DNA of 37,836 bases from the NCBI GenBank assembly GCA_964549305.1, contig CAZJVM010000022.1, positions 1 to 37,836 on the forward strand. Direction: 5' to 3'. Made by a program: the position numbers and the translations under genes. The notes beneath the pieces were generated by a model. The model did no database searches. It was not told the DNA's origin and worked only from the letters and a program-made list of their open reading frames with translations. Positions 36,344-37,836 of this stretch are shown in pieces (the first letter of the stretch is position 1; each line of letters opens with the position of its first letter). Origin of the DNA: an uncultured bacterium. GTDB lineage: Bacteria > Schekmanbacteria > GWA2-38-11 > J061.

Positions 36344-36446
36344 GCAGATGATGAAAAGTGTAAAAAACTATTAATTTTGCAGTTGAGAAATGTTGAAGAA
36401 CCTTTAAGCGATTTCAAAGTGTTTGTGTCTTTAAAAAGAAATATCT

Positions 36447-36494
36447 TTGACAAAAAAAATATTTTGAAGTAGAAATCAGGACTAATTTAGTCCG
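36447..36494 (+). promoter_or_regulatory. sigma70-like promoter with downstream palindromic operator GGACTAA-T-TTAGTCC
   Basis: TTGACA (36447)-N17-TAGAAA; perfect 7-1-7 palindrome at 36479-36493 over the expected start site. Confidence 0.62.
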
Positions 36495-36527
36495 TTTTAA
36501 ATAATAATTTCTTTAAGGAGGAATGAT

Positions 36528-37028
36528 ATGAGCAAATCCGAAGACGCCTTGAAAGAAGCTTTTGCCGGTGAATCACAGGCAAACCGCAAATATCTCGCTT
36601 TTTCCGAAAAAGCAAAAAAAGAGGGAAAACCGCAGGCGGCAAGAATGTTTCTCGCAGCGGCAGAGGCAGAGACAGTACACGCCCACAACCACCTGAGAGC
36701 GATGAAAGGAATCGGAAGCACAAAGGAAAACCTCGAAGCAGCAGTTGCGGGAGAGACATTCGAATTTAAATCAATGTATCCCGAAATGATTCAAGCGGCG
36801 CAGGAGGAAGGAAATAAGGTCGCGGAAAAGTCTTTTCAGTATGCAAACGATGTTGAAAAGGTGCATGCCGCGTTATATCAGAAACTCCTTGATAATCTGG
36901 AAGGTGAGCAGGAAGAATATCCATACTATGTCTGCCCCGTATGCGGACATACATCGGAGAAAAATGCACCTGATTCTTGCCCCGTATGCGGCGCGAATGG
37001 TTCCATGTTCAAGAAAATAGATATCTAA
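36528..37028 (+). CDS. rbr: Rubrerythrin
   Basis: Di-iron motifs AFAGESQANRKY, ETVHA, E..E...MYP and EKVHA; C-terminal CPVCG...CPVCG; AAGGAGG RBS. Confidence 0.93.
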   Translation: MSKSEDALKEAFAGESQANRKYLAFSEKAKKEGKPQAARMFLAAAEAETVHAHNHLRAMKGIGSTKENLEAAVAGETFEFKSMYPEMIQAAQEEGNKVAEKSFQYANDVEKVHAALYQKLLDNLEGEQEEYPYYVCPVCGHTSEKNAPDSCPVCGANGSMFKKIDI

Positions 37029-37072
37029 ATATTACAGAATATTTTGTCACTATGAAGCGTGGTGTCTCACAG

Positions 37073-37836
37073 TCAGGCATCACGCTTTATTATTAGCTCA
37101 GATGAAATTCTCCCTGACTCGATAATAGTTGGCAAACCGCTTCCCGGATGAGTCCCTCCCCCAACGAGATAACAGTTTCGCACTTCCTCAAAATCATTGT
37201 GAGGTCTTAAGTAGAGCATCTGATTTATACTGTGGGCAAGATTGAAAATCCCCCCTCTGTAGACATATTTCTCATTTTCCCAGTCATCGGGTGTAATTAT
37301 CTTTTCAACCTTGATATGCTTCCTTAAATCTTTCAACCCCGCCCTCTCTTCAACTATCCCGAGCACTTTCTCCCTGTAGCGCAGTTTTTCATTGCTCCAG
37401 TCTATATTTGCGCTTCTGTTTGCAATGGGCACCAGAATATAGATTGTGGACTGCCCTTCGGGCGCAAGCGTCTTGTCACTTATACAGGCATTTTGTACAT
37501 ATATTGAAGGGTCTTCGGAAAGAACCTTTTTTTCCGCAATCTCCGCCACATTATTCCTGTAGTCAGGAGAAAAGATGATATTGTGGTGAGGAATGTCGTA
37601 AAGGCAGTCAAGCCCGAGATATATCATAAAAGATGAACAGGAATATTCTCTTGAAGAAATATCCGAAGGCGTGTATTTGCGCAAAATACCGTTTTCGAAA
37701 AGATTCGTCATTGCATAGGCAAAGTCTGCATTGATTACAACATAATCGGCGAACTCCTTCTCTCCGCTTTCAAGCTCGACTCCCTTAGCGCTTCCCTTTT
37801 CTACGATAACCTTTTTAACTCCACAGGAAGTGTGAA
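37073..37836 (-). CDS. Phytoene desaturase family (CrtI/CrtN-like), C-terminal part truncated by the window edge
   Basis: Frame is open to the edge (HTSCGVKKVIVEKG...VINADFAYAM); motifs YSCSSFMIYLG, HHNI, DPSIYVQN, LAPEG, TPDDW and YLVGGGTHPGSGLPTI.ESGRI. Confidence 0.88.
   Translation of the reverse strand, partial: HTSCGVKKVIVEKGSAKGVELESGEKEFADYVVINADFAYAMTNLFENGILRKYTPSDISSREYSCSSFMIYLGLDCLYDIPHHNIIFSPDYRNNVAEIAEKKVLSEDPSIYVQNACISDKTLAPEGQSTIYILVPIANRSANIDWSNEKLRYREKVLGIVEERAGLKDLRKHIKVEKIITPDDWENEKYVYRGGIFNLAHSINQMLYLRPHNDFEEVRNCYLVGGGTHPGSGLPTIIESGRISSELIIKRDA

Noticed and set aside
1-37836. CRISPR arrays, tRNA/rRNA genes, defence systems
   Set aside because: No regularly spaced repeats, structural RNA signatures or cas/defence motifs were seen by eye; covariance-model scans were not run.

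Overview
Gene-dense window from a bacterium, probably an anaerobic or microaerophilic diderm (sigma54 promoters, exported c-type cytochrome, 2-oxoacid:ferredoxin oxidoreductase, rubrerythrin, futalosine-type menaquinone genes); the taxon cannot be assigned from sequence alone. The left half (1-17 kb) is mostly housekeeping: AGCS amino-acid symporter, aconitase, MenG/UbiE plus UbiA/MqnP, aspartate aminotransferase, a receiver protein, a gamma-(delta::GltD)-alpha-beta 2-oxoacid oxidoreductase operon, LUD protein, acylphosphatase and nucleotide-sugar genes. The right half is more unusual. A tandem double geranylgeranyl-reductase-like flavoprotein is followed by an ECF transporter whose S and A genes (19.8-22.3 kb) lie about 11 kb from its T gene (33.3 kb). 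The intervening block encodes (i) a sigma54 activator fused to a signal-peptide-like helix and coiled coil; (ii) a sigma54/IHF/UAS promoter with an IscR-like operator also found at the rubrerythrin gene, a structured leader and a diheme cytochrome c; and (iii) a tightly coupled 7-gene operon: U32 Fe-S hydroxylase-like, SDR reductase-SCP2 fusion, EhpF/GriC-type adenylating enzyme, YceI, alpha/beta hydrolase and ABC exporter. This operon is the best candidate for an undescribed system, possibly O2-independent modification and export of a lipophilic aromatic or quinone-like metabolite. No rRNA, tRNA, CRISPR array or transposase was recognised. All family calls come from motif recognition, not database searches.
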